DNA of 64,000 nucleotides from the human T2T-CHM13v2.0 reference genome, Homo sapiens, in assembly GCF_009914755.1 (NCBI RefSeq), contig NC_060925.1. One strand, given 5' to 3'. Below the pieces are notes generated by a model. It saw only the letters and a program-made list of their open reading frames with translations, was not told the DNA's origin and ran no database searches. Position numbers and translations under genes: made by a program. This document shows, one piece after another, positions 15,310 through 25,971 of this stretch. How positions within the stretch are numbered: position 1 is the first letter of the stretch; each line of letters opens with the position of its first letter.

Positions 15310-16060
15310 GCAGAGAGCCTAAGCTTTGCATTGAGCTTGATAGGTTCCAATCCCAGTGTTGCCGTTTTTAGCTGTTAGTCTTCCGGGGAAGTGACTCAAA
15401 CCCTTTGTACCTCAGTTTTCTTATCTGTGAAATGGAGATGATACCTGCCTCACTGAACTAACTTTGGGAGAAACTTAGTTTATAGTTTAAACAAAGATGG
15501 TAACAGCCCTTTCCCAAAGCAGATCTCCTTGCCTGGAGACTAGATTGCCTTTGTAGGACTCACATTAGCCACAAGATTAGAAATTATGGTTTAGGGGTCA
15601 TGCAGCTGGAGGTTACAAGATTCTGACCCTCCCTAAACTGCTCCTAAGATCAGGGCTTGAGATATTTTGCAGAACCTGCACTTGATGGATCAGCTGGCCT
15701 CCTATCAATAAACTGGCCCATCTGATCTTGTGGCCCCCACCCAGGAACTGACTGAGCACAAGAAGACAGCTCTGACTCCCTATGATTTCATCTCTGACCA
15801 GTCAACACTCGTGGCTCACTGGCCTCCCCCACCCAACAAGTTATCCTTAAAAACTTTGCTTCCTGAATGCTTGGGGAGACTGATTTGAGTAATAATAAAA
15901 CTCCAGTCTCCTGCAAAAAAAAAAAAAAAAAAAAAACAAAAAACCAAAAACAAAAAACAAAAAAAACCTGCCTCATAGGTTCGTTTGTTGAGTAAATTAA
16001 TCCATGTAGAGCCTAGAACACATTGAGGGCTGTGTACATGTTAACTTTTGTTACTGTTAT
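15310..16060 (+). mobile_element. MIR split by the LTR8 retrocopy
   Basis: CCTCAGTTTTCTTATCTGTGAAATGG...ACCTGCCTCA continues after the insert as TAGGTT...TTGAGTAAATTAATCCATGTA. Confidence 0.75.
15453..15965 (+). mobile_element. LTR8-like (ERV1) fragment, 5'-truncated and polyadenylated
   Basis: LTR8-type U3/R sequence; AATAAA at 15894-15899; A-rich tail from 15915; no U5; TSD ACCTGCCTCA at 15443-15452 and 15966-15975. Confidence 0.85.
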
Positions 16061-16077
16061 TTCCCCCGCAGCAGATA

Positions 16078-16411
16078 CTATGGCAGCTAGGGCTGCCATT
16101 ACTGTTCTGGAGGCTGGAAGTGCAAGATCAAGGTGCAGGCAGGGTTGGTTTCTTCTGAGGCCTCTCTCCCTGGCTTGCAGATGGCCACCTTCTTGCTGTG
16201 CCCTCACATGGCCTTTTCTCTGTGTGTGGGTCCTCCTGGTGTCTCTTCCTCTTCTCACAAGGACACCAGCCACACTGGATTAGGGTCCCACCCTTAGGAC
16301 CTCATTTAACCTTAATCACCTCCTATGAGGCTCTCTCTGCCAATGTAGTCACATTGGGGATTAGGGCTTCAACATATGGATTTGGAGGGGGACAGGGTTC
16401 AGCCCATAACA
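16078..16411 (-). mobile_element. MLT1A/B LTR
   Basis: GTTCTGGAGGCTGGAAGTGCAAGATCAAGG...TCATTTAACCTTAATCACCTC...CAGCCCATAACA. Confidence 0.85.
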
Positions 16412-16502
16412 CCACATGGTAGCAATCGGCCCAAGACTGAGTAGCTGCTGCCCCCACAGGACAGGATATATATATTTTTTTCTGTTCATGACAGTCCCAC
16501 TT

Positions 16503-16899
<397 letters not shown>

Positions 16900-17695
16900 T
16901 GAATTTGTCGCTTTCATCCTAACCTCAACCCATTTCCATCATTTATTTTACCTGCCTGGCTCCTGAGTTTTGCCTCTGCCTGGGAGTGACCACTAGACCC
17001 AGGAAGGCCGGTGGAGATGGGAACAGATGTGCTCTCGGTGCTTCCAGGAACTGGCAAGTGACTTGGCCAAGGGAGGGAGAGTACACAGCCCTGGGGACCC
17101 TTCAGGAGGCCGGGCTACTGAGGGTTAAATCTACCTCGAGAAACAACATCTAGCAACCACCAAGGGAGGGAACCAGAAAAAGCATTATCATGATTAATGT
17201 TATTTCAAAGACTTAATTTTTCCCCCTCTTTCAGGAATGCTTGTCTGCAGTTGCACCGAGTGCTATCTCTTGATTCTGCGTGTCCTTCCCCCAGAGTAAT
17301 TTGGGACAAGGTCACTGTTCACCAGGCGCGCCTCCTTACCCCCAATCTACTTGCTGGCAGGCCTGCAAGGCTGAGGTGCTGGGACAGCAGGAGGCTGCAT
17401 GGTTGGGGAGCCACACGGGGCCAGTCTTGATGCGTTCAGGGCTGGGCCCAGGATGGCTGCAGCCTCACCTCACCCAGGGGCAAACAGAGGCTCAGCCCAA
17501 CGGAGTGGCGGGGGAGGAGTCTGGAGTGAGGACCCAAACCCTTATTTTGGCTCTACCCCTTGTCGGCTGGGGAACTTCTCCAAGCCTCAGTTTTGTCATC
17601 TGCAAAAGGGGGGCAAGAATAACGCTTCCCCTTCCAGATGATGTAAATGGCACTGTGCACACCAATCACCAGGGCAGGTGGCGAGGTGGAGGTAA

Positions 17696-18029
<334 letters not shown>

Positions 18030-18168
18030 TGGACTCTGAATTTCTAACAAGTGCTCAGGTGACAGCCATGCTGCTGGTCCATGGGCCACATTTTGAAAGG
18101 CAAAGGTTGTGAAGACAAAATGCAAGGTAAGTTCTTAGCTTGTAGGAAGTGCTCAAAGTACACACTAC

Positions 18169-18400
18169 TTATCATCATCACCACATCTGTCATCATCATC
18201 ATCATCGTCACCATTTCATCTTCATCTCCATCACTGGCATCATCTTCTTTATCATCGTTACTGCCATCATCACTGGCTTCCTTGTGGTTGGCAACATCAT
18301 CATCGCCATTTCATCTTCATCTCCATCACCGGCATCATCTTCTTTATCATCATCACCACCATCATCATCACTGGCTTCCTTGTGATTGGCATCGTCATCA
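18169..18400 (+). repeat. Degenerate (CAT)n repeat with a ~95-bp higher-order duplication
   Basis: The unit CCATTTCATCTTCATCTCCATCAC...GGCTTCCTTGTG starts at 18211 and again at 18306. Confidence 0.9.
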
Positions 18401-18831
18401 GCTCTTGTCTTTTGTTTCCCTTCCTCACATTCTCCAGAAGAGGTAACCAAGACCCAGAGATGTTTGAGACTTGCACGAGGCAATTTTATACAGAAGAGAA
18501 GTTGCCTAGGATTGAGGACTGAAGCAGACAAGAGCCTGGTGGCTGGAAGTCAGGAGACTGAGATTCAGGTCCTAGTGCTGTACCTGGCTCATTCAGCCTT
18601 TGAACTTTCTAAATGGAAAGGCCATTAAAGATTATCCAGTCTAACTCCCCACTAGCATTTGAGGAACCTGAGGCCAGACTGGGGATGGGGAGACAATATA
18701 CAATCAAGGGTATAGATGTAGGAGCTAGACAGTTTGCATTCAAATCTCTACTCCATCACTTGCTGGTTACACGACCTTAGGTAAGTCCCTTCATCTCCCT
18801 GAGTCTCAGCGTCTTCATCTGTGAAACTGGA

Positions 18832-19360
18832 TGTGCTATCCAGCTTCCAAGATGGCCTCCAAAGAGTGTCATTCCCTGGTATTTATAGCCTTGGTCAATC
18901 TCCTCCCACATTGTCCCAGGGTTGTTCTGTGTGACCCATAGAATATAGCAGAATTGATGTTAGTATCTTTGGAGGTGAGGTTATGAGAGATGCTGTGGGT
19001 TCTGTTTTAGGTTCTCTCTCTCTCTCTGGCCATTCACTGTGGGGGAAGTCAGTTCCATGCCCTGAGTCCATTCAGGCAGCTTGTGAAGAGGCCCACATGG
19101 CCAATAGCCAGTGAGGAACTGAGGCCTGCAGTGACCACTTGGATGAGCTTGGAAGCACGTCCTCCAGCCCCAGTCAAGTCTTGAGGTGAGACCACAGTCC
19201 TGGCCAACAGGTGACTACAACATCACGGGAAACCCAGAGCCATTCAGCTAAGCCACTCTCAGATTGCTGATCCCCAGAAGCTGCATGAGATAATAAATGT
19301 TTGTTGTTTTAAGCTGCTAAGTTTTGGAGTAATTGACTACACAGTAATGGATAAATAACA
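18832..19360 (+). mobile_element. MLT1F-type LTR inserted in a MIR
   Basis: CTTCCAAGATGGCCTCC near the start; AATAAATGTTTGTTGTTTTAAGCTGCTAAGTTTTGG near the end. Confidence 0.85.
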
Positions 19361-19745
19361 TGTGGGGATAACTATCTTGTAGGTTTGTTGTGAGGATTAA
19401 ATTCACGTAAGCACTTTGTATAGTACACGATGTATGTTGAAGGCTGTGTGAAATGTAAGAAAACAATGGCAGCATAGAAAATATCGTCGATGAACCCCAG
19501 GGTCATGTAGCCAGGGTGTGACAGGGCTGATGATGCTGCAGTTCCTAGCTGCCCGGTTTTAACCATTTGTGCCCCCTAATCCTTATTGATTGTGGTGGGC
19601 ACCACAGGCTTTGCCAGAAATGGAACAACAGTGTCAGAGGGTGGGGAGCAGAAGAGGAAGTGATGGTGCCAGTCAGTGGGCCCCTGGGGTGGGGAGCAGC
19701 CCCAGGGTACTGGGGGTGGAAGACTGAGGCACAGGACTGGAGTGA

Positions 19746-19781
19746 GTGTGTGTGTGTGTGCGTGTGTGTGTGTGTGTGTGT
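19746..19781 (+). repeat. (TG)n microsatellite
   Basis: GT repeat with one CG interruption. Confidence 0.95.
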
Positions 19782-21184
19782 ATAGGTCACCTCTGGAGAC
19801 CCTTCCAGCCCAAGACTGGCTGATGATCTGATTTGCTGCTTGTTTCTGGCCCTGGTCTGTGTGGAAGACTCAGAAAAACCATGGCAACCACGGGATAATT
19901 AATGATCAGGGATGGAGGAGGCCAGGAACCTGGTGTCCCCGAGGCCACGTGGAGAGCAGCTTGGGAGGAAGGTCCACTGGGCTTTCTCTCCGTGACCATG
20001 TGGGCTTCCTTGGAAGAGAGATATCAGAGAGGGTCCAGGTGGGAGATAAGCCCCTGGGCCTGTAGCCCTAACAGTCCAGGAAGCACAGGCCTCTCTGGGC
20101 CCAGTAGATGGTTCCTTTGGGGTCGTTGGCTCCCAGGCCCTGGACTGCTGAAATTAATGCATTGTTTTCAGGAGGCCGTCCATGGCTTCCACCAGGTTCT
20201 CAGATGGGTCTGGGACCCAAACCATGGAGACTGTCTAGATATTACCCATTGTAAAGACATGGAAATGGAGGCACAGAGAGGTTAAGAGACCTGTCCAGGC
20301 CATACAGCAGGCTGTGGCAAAGTCAGGCCTGGAATCCAGGCCTCCTTGCTGAACACTCTCCCAGGGTAGGACCCACAGTGGGTGGACCAGAATGTGCTGT
20401 GCATGTGGGCCCCCCTGGCTGGCAGAACTCCCGTCAGGACAGCTGGGTCACTCCTGCCCCCTCCCTGGGCCAGATGGGCAGCCCTCTCCTCTGCTATTTT
20501 CTCCACCTTTGCCTTTTCACAGGGAGTGACGGGGGTGGAAAATTCTAGGGGAGCACAAAGTCTGCCAAGTTTAAACCTGGCACCAACCCAGGCACCTGGC
20601 TGCCAGGCACTTGGAAATAGAACTGGTAAAGGGGTCCCTGGGGGACTGGGCTGCTGGGAGCAGCTTGGCAACTGCCTCTCCTGGCTCCTTCCAGACCTTC
20701 TATCCCAGGAATATTCCCTCCTCGCTAGAACCTGCTGCCATGTGCCAGGAACATCTGGAAGAGAGTTTTCTGGCAGGTCTGGGGGTACAGAAATGGGTTA
20801 CAGGGGGCTTGGTCATGTATTATATCACAAACATCTACCGTGATAAGCGAACCAGTGTGCGTCTGCAGCGCCTGCTGCAAGGGACTGAGCGAGGCCCCCG
20901 CACATCCTTCATTTCCCTTTGAATCACTCCTGTGATATGGGGTTCCCCATTTTACAGATGAAGAAACTGAGGCTTGGGAACTCCAGAGGACTGCCCAAGT
21001 TCACCTAGCTTTTCAGTGGCAGTGCTGAGACTTGAATCCAATCTGTGTGACTCCAAAGCCTGCCTTTTTCCATGGTCTCTCCCTGTGCCCTCTACACCCA
21101 CCATGTCCAGGTACCAGTCTAGATGCTAGGGATATAGAGATAAACGAGCCATGAGCCTTGCCCTTAAAGCACCTGTAGTTTAGT

Positions 21185-21645
21185 GAGTGTATTAGCTATT
21201 GCTGCTATGCTAATGCCCCATAACAAGCAGCCCCCAGCTCCCACATCTCAGTTGCTTGCAACCACAAGCAGTTATCCTTCTTGTTCCCAGCTGGCTGGGT
21301 CGGCTGGGGTGGTTCTGCTTCAGGCTGCAGGTTGGCCAGGTTGGCTTCACCTGTCTCTCATTCTCCTTGCACCAGTGAAAAAGAAAAATACTCAGGTCCT
21401 GTTTTCATGACTGGGAAGGAACACACAATGTCTCCTAAGGGTTCATCTTAGAACTGGGGTACTGTCATGCTGCCCACATATGGAGACAGGTTACACGGGC
21501 AAGGCCTACATCATCAGTGTGGTGGGGAAATACACTTTGCCTCCTCTGATGTGAGGCACTGCAAAATCACATAGCAAAAGCAAGGATGCCTAATTCTCTA
21601 ACAGGGAGGCAGGAAGAATAGGTCACAATAATCCAATCACCCACA
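21185..21645 (-). mobile_element. Old MLT1 (I/J-like) LTR
   Basis: TTAGCTATTGCTGC...ATAACAA start; AAATACACTTTGCCTC...GCAAAATCACATAGCAAA. Confidence 0.65.
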
Positions 21646-21679
21646 GTGTGGACGAGAGACTTATGATAATAATATTGTA

Positions 21680-22010
21680 CTGCATTCTATCAAACCTAAG
21701 CTGCAAGACACACCATTAATTTATGTACCACTAAGAAAGAAAAGTGGCTGTGAACGAAAGTATGGCATGATGCTTTCTTAGCCCATCATATTTTTATTTT
21801 ATTCTTACTGAAAGAGCTATTTGATGCTGAGGCATGGAAGTGTCAACAATGGGAACAGTTGGAACCAGGTTTGCTCTTGCAGAGACAATGACGACTGTCA
21901 CAACTGTCACTGTCCAAGGAGATTATGAGATGCCATCGATTGTAAAACACATTTTGACTTCAAGGATGTGAAAATGTGAAAATGTGTGTCTTAGAACGGA
22001 TGAAATTTGT
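21680..22010. mobile_element. TcMar-Tc2 MITE (Kanga1/MER104-like)
   Basis: AAGACACACCATTAATTTATGTACCACTAAGAAAG and GATGCCATCGATTGTAAAACACAT...GTCTTAGAA; degenerate terminal inverted repeats. Confidence 0.65.
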
Positions 22011-22159
22011 CATTTACTGAGAGTAAGTGGTTGTTCTAGGGTGGACATTGTGGCTAAAATTTCTATGTGGACAGGCTCATTTGTACCTCAAGACAACCCA
22101 AGAGGAAAATATTATTATCCCCATTTCAAAGATGAGTAGGGCAAGATTCAGAGTGATCA

Positions 22160-22635
22160 TGAGGTGGGAGGCAGGACTTGACTCCTGATGTGGGGCTTGG
22201 ACACCGGACCAAATGGCGGACTAGCTAAAATAGAGGGGGCAAAGCAGCTTTCTATAAGACACATCCACCAGTAGGCCATGTCAGTTTACCATTGCCATGG
22301 CAACATGCAGGAGTTACCACCCCTTTCCATGGCAATGACCTGACAACCCAAAAGTTACCACCCTTTCCCTAGCAATTGCTGTATAAACCACTGCTTAATC
22401 TCCATGTAATTAAACATGGGTATAAATACGACTGTGAGGCTGCCCTGAGATGCTGTTCTGCCTATGGGGTAGCCCTGCTCTGCAGGAGCAGTCAAAGACT
22501 GGAGCTTTATCACTGGCCCTTCAATAAAGCTCTGCTTTCTTCTACACTTTCTTCTCGCCCTTGAATTTTTGCCTGGAGGAAGCCAAGAACCCTCATGGGC
22601 TAAGCTCTGTTTTGGGGCCTGCCTGCCCTGCATCA
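22160..22635 (+). mobile_element. Solo ERV LTR (MER41-related, LTR47-like) inside a MIR
   Basis: TG...CA ends, TATAAA and AATAAA; X-box ATTGCCATGGCAAC at 22291-22304; subfamily uncertain. Confidence 0.75.
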
Positions 22636-23080
22636 GTCAGTTGTCCTGCCTAAGACTCATGGTTAGTAAGTGGAAGAGCTGAGATTTGCACCTAGGATGG
22701 TCTGACTTCCAAGACAAAGTGATAAAGAGTGTGGGCCCTAGGACAAACTATACTTCAGTTTCTTCATCTGTAAAATGGGGATGATAGGAGTAACTACCGC
22801 ATAGATTATTGTCCTATGAGAGTTTGAAAAGAGTGTCAGGCACAGAGCACTCAAGACATGCTGGGTTCTCTGGTAGAAGCAGAGATTTTTGCCTCTCTGA
22901 AGCTAACATTAGTGTAATAAAAGCTGCAACCGGACTAAGAGGAGAGGACTATGGGAGCCCAGAAAAGCAGGCCAATAGCTTAGTAATTTGGGGGAACCAT
23001 CAGAAATTTGCTGTGAGGGAGCAAAAAGAATGTGTGATTCATGTGTGCACTTATTTATTCAACAATATTTGTTTACCCAC

Positions 23081-23437
23081 TGTATTAGTCTGTTCTCATG
23101 CTGCTAATAAAGACATACTCAAATCTGGGTAATTTATAAAGGAAAGAGGTTTAATGGATTCACAGTTCCACTTGGCTGGGGAGGCCTCACAATCAAGGTG
23201 GAAGGCAAAGGAGGGGCAAAGTCACGTCTTACGTGGCGGCAGGCAAAAAGCTTGTGCAGGGGAACTCCCGTTTATAAAACCATCAGATCTCGTAAGACTT
23301 ATTCACTATCATGAGAACAGTATGGGGCAAACAGCCCCCATGATTCAATGATCTCCACCTGGCCCCACCCTTGACACGTGGGGATTATTAAAATACAAGG
23401 TGAGATTTGGGTGAGGACACAAAGCCAAACCATATCA
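23081..23437 (-). mobile_element. THE1 solo LTR
   Basis: TGTATTAGTC...CCAAACCATATCA; 5-bp TSD CCCAC. Confidence 0.95.
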
Positions 23438-23721
23438 CCCACTGTGTACAGGTAGTACACAGTGACTGGATTTGAAACCAAGTTTGGGGGCTAATTTTTA
23501 AAAATTGAGGTATAATTTATCTACAATGCAACACACAGATCTTAGTGTTCAGTATGATGAATTTTTACAAATGTATACAGCACCCCAATTGCAATAGAGA
23601 GTATTTCCATTGCCCTAGAAAATTCCATTGTGCCCTCTTCCAGCTAAATACACCCATCTCCACCTGTTTTTTTTTTTTTAATTTCTGTCACTGTAGGTTG
23701 CTTTGCCTGTTCTTGAACTTC

Positions 23722-24356
23722 TGTGAACAAATGTGAACCTGAAAGGGCCAGACCTTCAAGATGGATCCTGAGTGGCTAAGTGGGCTAGGCTCCGCTGTTC
23801 TTGCTTGTAATCCCATCACTTTGGTAGGCCAGGGTGGGCGGATCACTTGAGCCCCTGAGTTTACGACCAGACTGGGCAACATACCAAGACCCTGTTCTCT
23901 ACAAAATAAATAAATACTACCCCCCCCCCCCAAATAAGAATGGGTAAGTGGGCCTAAATTTAAAATAGAATGAAGCAGCCACTTGCTGACTATGGTTACA
24001 CAACTACCCTGACTTCCCCGGAAAACCTGCACCTTTTTATCTTTGGTACTTTCTCAGCTCACCTGAACCAACCAATCAGGGCTCAAGTGTATAAACCAAT
24101 CAGGGTTTGGCTGTATCAACCAATGAGAGCTCAGCTATATTGACCAATCAGAACTAAGCAAGTTTCAATCCTTCATTTGCACATCTTGATCTGATTGGGA
24201 ACCTGGGCAGGAACTTTTGCGCAAAACTTGATGCTTCCCTCATTCTTGGGAACTCCCCTTCATTTTCCAGTGGAGGGTGCATCTCCAAGTTTGCAAACTG
24301 TTTTCTGTACTAAAGTCTCTTTCCTCTAAATTTCTTTTCAGAGAATTTTGTGCATA
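23722..24356 (+). mobile_element. Solo ERV1 LTR (MER4 group, LTR54-like) carrying an Alu monomer at ~23787-23935
   Basis: TGTGAACAAATGTGAACC start; CCAAT array; Alu TSD approximately GAGTGGCTAAGTGGGC / GAATGGGTAAGTGGGC. Confidence 0.75.
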
Positions 24357-24603
24357 ATGTAAATGGAAACTTACAGATTGTGCTGCTTTGCGTCTGGTTT
24401 CTTTTACTCAGCATAATACGTATATGATTAATGCATTTGTTTTATGTATCAGTAGTTATTTTCTTTTTCACTGCTGATATTTCATTGTTGCTGGTTGTCA
24501 AATTATTGCCTCTCCGCTCCACATTCACCCTTCTTGCCTGCTTGGTAAAAATGGATCTGGGCCCTTTAAATTTTCTCCCTGGCCAGCAGGCATGCTGGGC
24601 TTT

Positions 24604-24620
24604 GCCAGTAGAGGGCGCTG
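24604..24620 (+). promoter_or_regulatory. CTCF motif in the 5' LTR
   Basis: GCCAGTAGAGGGCGCTG matches CCASYAGRKGGCRS exactly. Confidence 0.7.
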
Positions 24621-24949
24621 GGGAGCCCCAGCAGCGGGGAGGTTCCGCTTCCTGCTTGCCACGTGCTCACAGAGTAGGCTGCGGCACCACGTGCAGCCGC
24701 TCTCGTGCAGGCGTTTGCAGTGTGCAGCTGAGTTCGGCAGCTCACACAGCACCCCTTTCAAGTTGTTTTGCAGTGGGTGCCTCTTGTGAGACACTGTTTC
24801 TGAGAGCAGCTTTTGTGGCATCTTACAGGGCAGATTTCTGGTACGTTCTAAAAGTTGAATTTCTAACTTTGGCTGGTTGTGGCCCCTGACTGTTTTTTTT
24901 TTTTTTTTTGTCCTTCCTGTGGCACAGCCATGCCCTCTTAAGCAAGGCC

Positions 24950-25800
24950 TGGCTGTCAGCCCCCAAGGGTTTGTGTGTGGGGCACTTCTTTGTGGGGTTG
25001 GGGAGTGACAGGCTCTACCTCAGACCAAGGGCTTTTCCTTAGGGACTTGATTTCAGCTTTTGGAGGAGACTCTTCCATAGCGGCTGTACCTCAGCCACAT
25101 GTGTGGGACTGGGGGCCCTTCCTTGGGGGCCCAAGCTTAGCCCCTTGTGGGGGCACCGCCTGGAGGGGGTTATCTCAGCCTGGTGGAGGGTCCCTTCCCT
25201 GGGGTGAGGGGCTCTTTCTGGAGGTCTCTATCTCAGCCTGATATGGGGGTCTCTTTTTGGGGCTCTATTTCAGTCCTGGGGTGGGGGGCTGTTCCTTGGG
25301 GGCTCCACGTCAGCCCTGGGAGGGCTCTTTTTTTGAGGACGTTTACTCTGTCACAGGTGGCAGGAGGGTGTCTCTTCGGGACTCTACCGCAGCCCTCAGG
25401 GGCTTTTTCTTTGTGGACTTTATTTCAGCCCTCGGAGGGGACTCTTCCTTGGGGGATCAATCACAGCCCTGGGTAGGGGGCCCCTTCCTTGGTAGCTCTG
25501 GGAGCTCTTCTTTGGGGCTCTATCTTATCCCTTGAATAGGGGCTCTTCCCAGGGGGCCTCAGCCCTGGGGGCCTCTTCTTGGGAACTTTTTTTTAAACCT
25601 CTAGTGGGGGACTTATCTTTGGGGATCCTATGAAAGCCCCCAGGGGCTCTTTCTTGGGGACTCTACCTTGGCCTTGAGGGGTTCTTCCTTGAGAGCTTTG
25701 TCCAGCTCTGGTTTGGGGGATTCTTAGCGGGGGGTTGTTTATCACAGCTCTGGATGGGGTCTGGTCTTCAGAGACTCCATCTCAGCTCTGTGGGTTGTGG
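24950..25800 (+). repeat. Diverged G-rich minisatellite (~35-45 bp unit) inside the 5' LTR
   Basis: Recurring CTCAGCCCTGGGG...GGCTCTTCCTTGGGG.CTCTA, roughly 20 units. Confidence 0.8.
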
Positions 25801-25971
25801 TTGCTCCTTGCGTCTGCTGTTTCTGTATTAATTATCGTTCTCTTTACTCCTTATCAGTCAATTTCTTGTTAATTCAGTTCTCTATTATAAGTTAATAATT
25901 CTTCATATGAAACTTTCCCTGTAAAAATCACTGTATGGTGTCCTTTCCTTGACTGGACCCAAACTGATACA

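Larger units (their letters stand above)
24486..25971 (+). mobile_element. 5' LTR of an ERVL provirus (LTR50/LTR41-like)
   Basis: TGTTGCTGG...GACTGGACCCAAACTGATACA; homologous to 28485-29351. Confidence 0.85.

Noticed and set aside
18081-18531. His-, Ser-, Ile- and Asp-rich ORFs
   Set aside because: Translations of the (CAT)n repeat.
24950-25800. Repeat array considered as CRISPR-like
   Set aside because: Eukaryotic context, degenerate units without unique spacers, no cas genes; it is an LTR-internal minisatellite.
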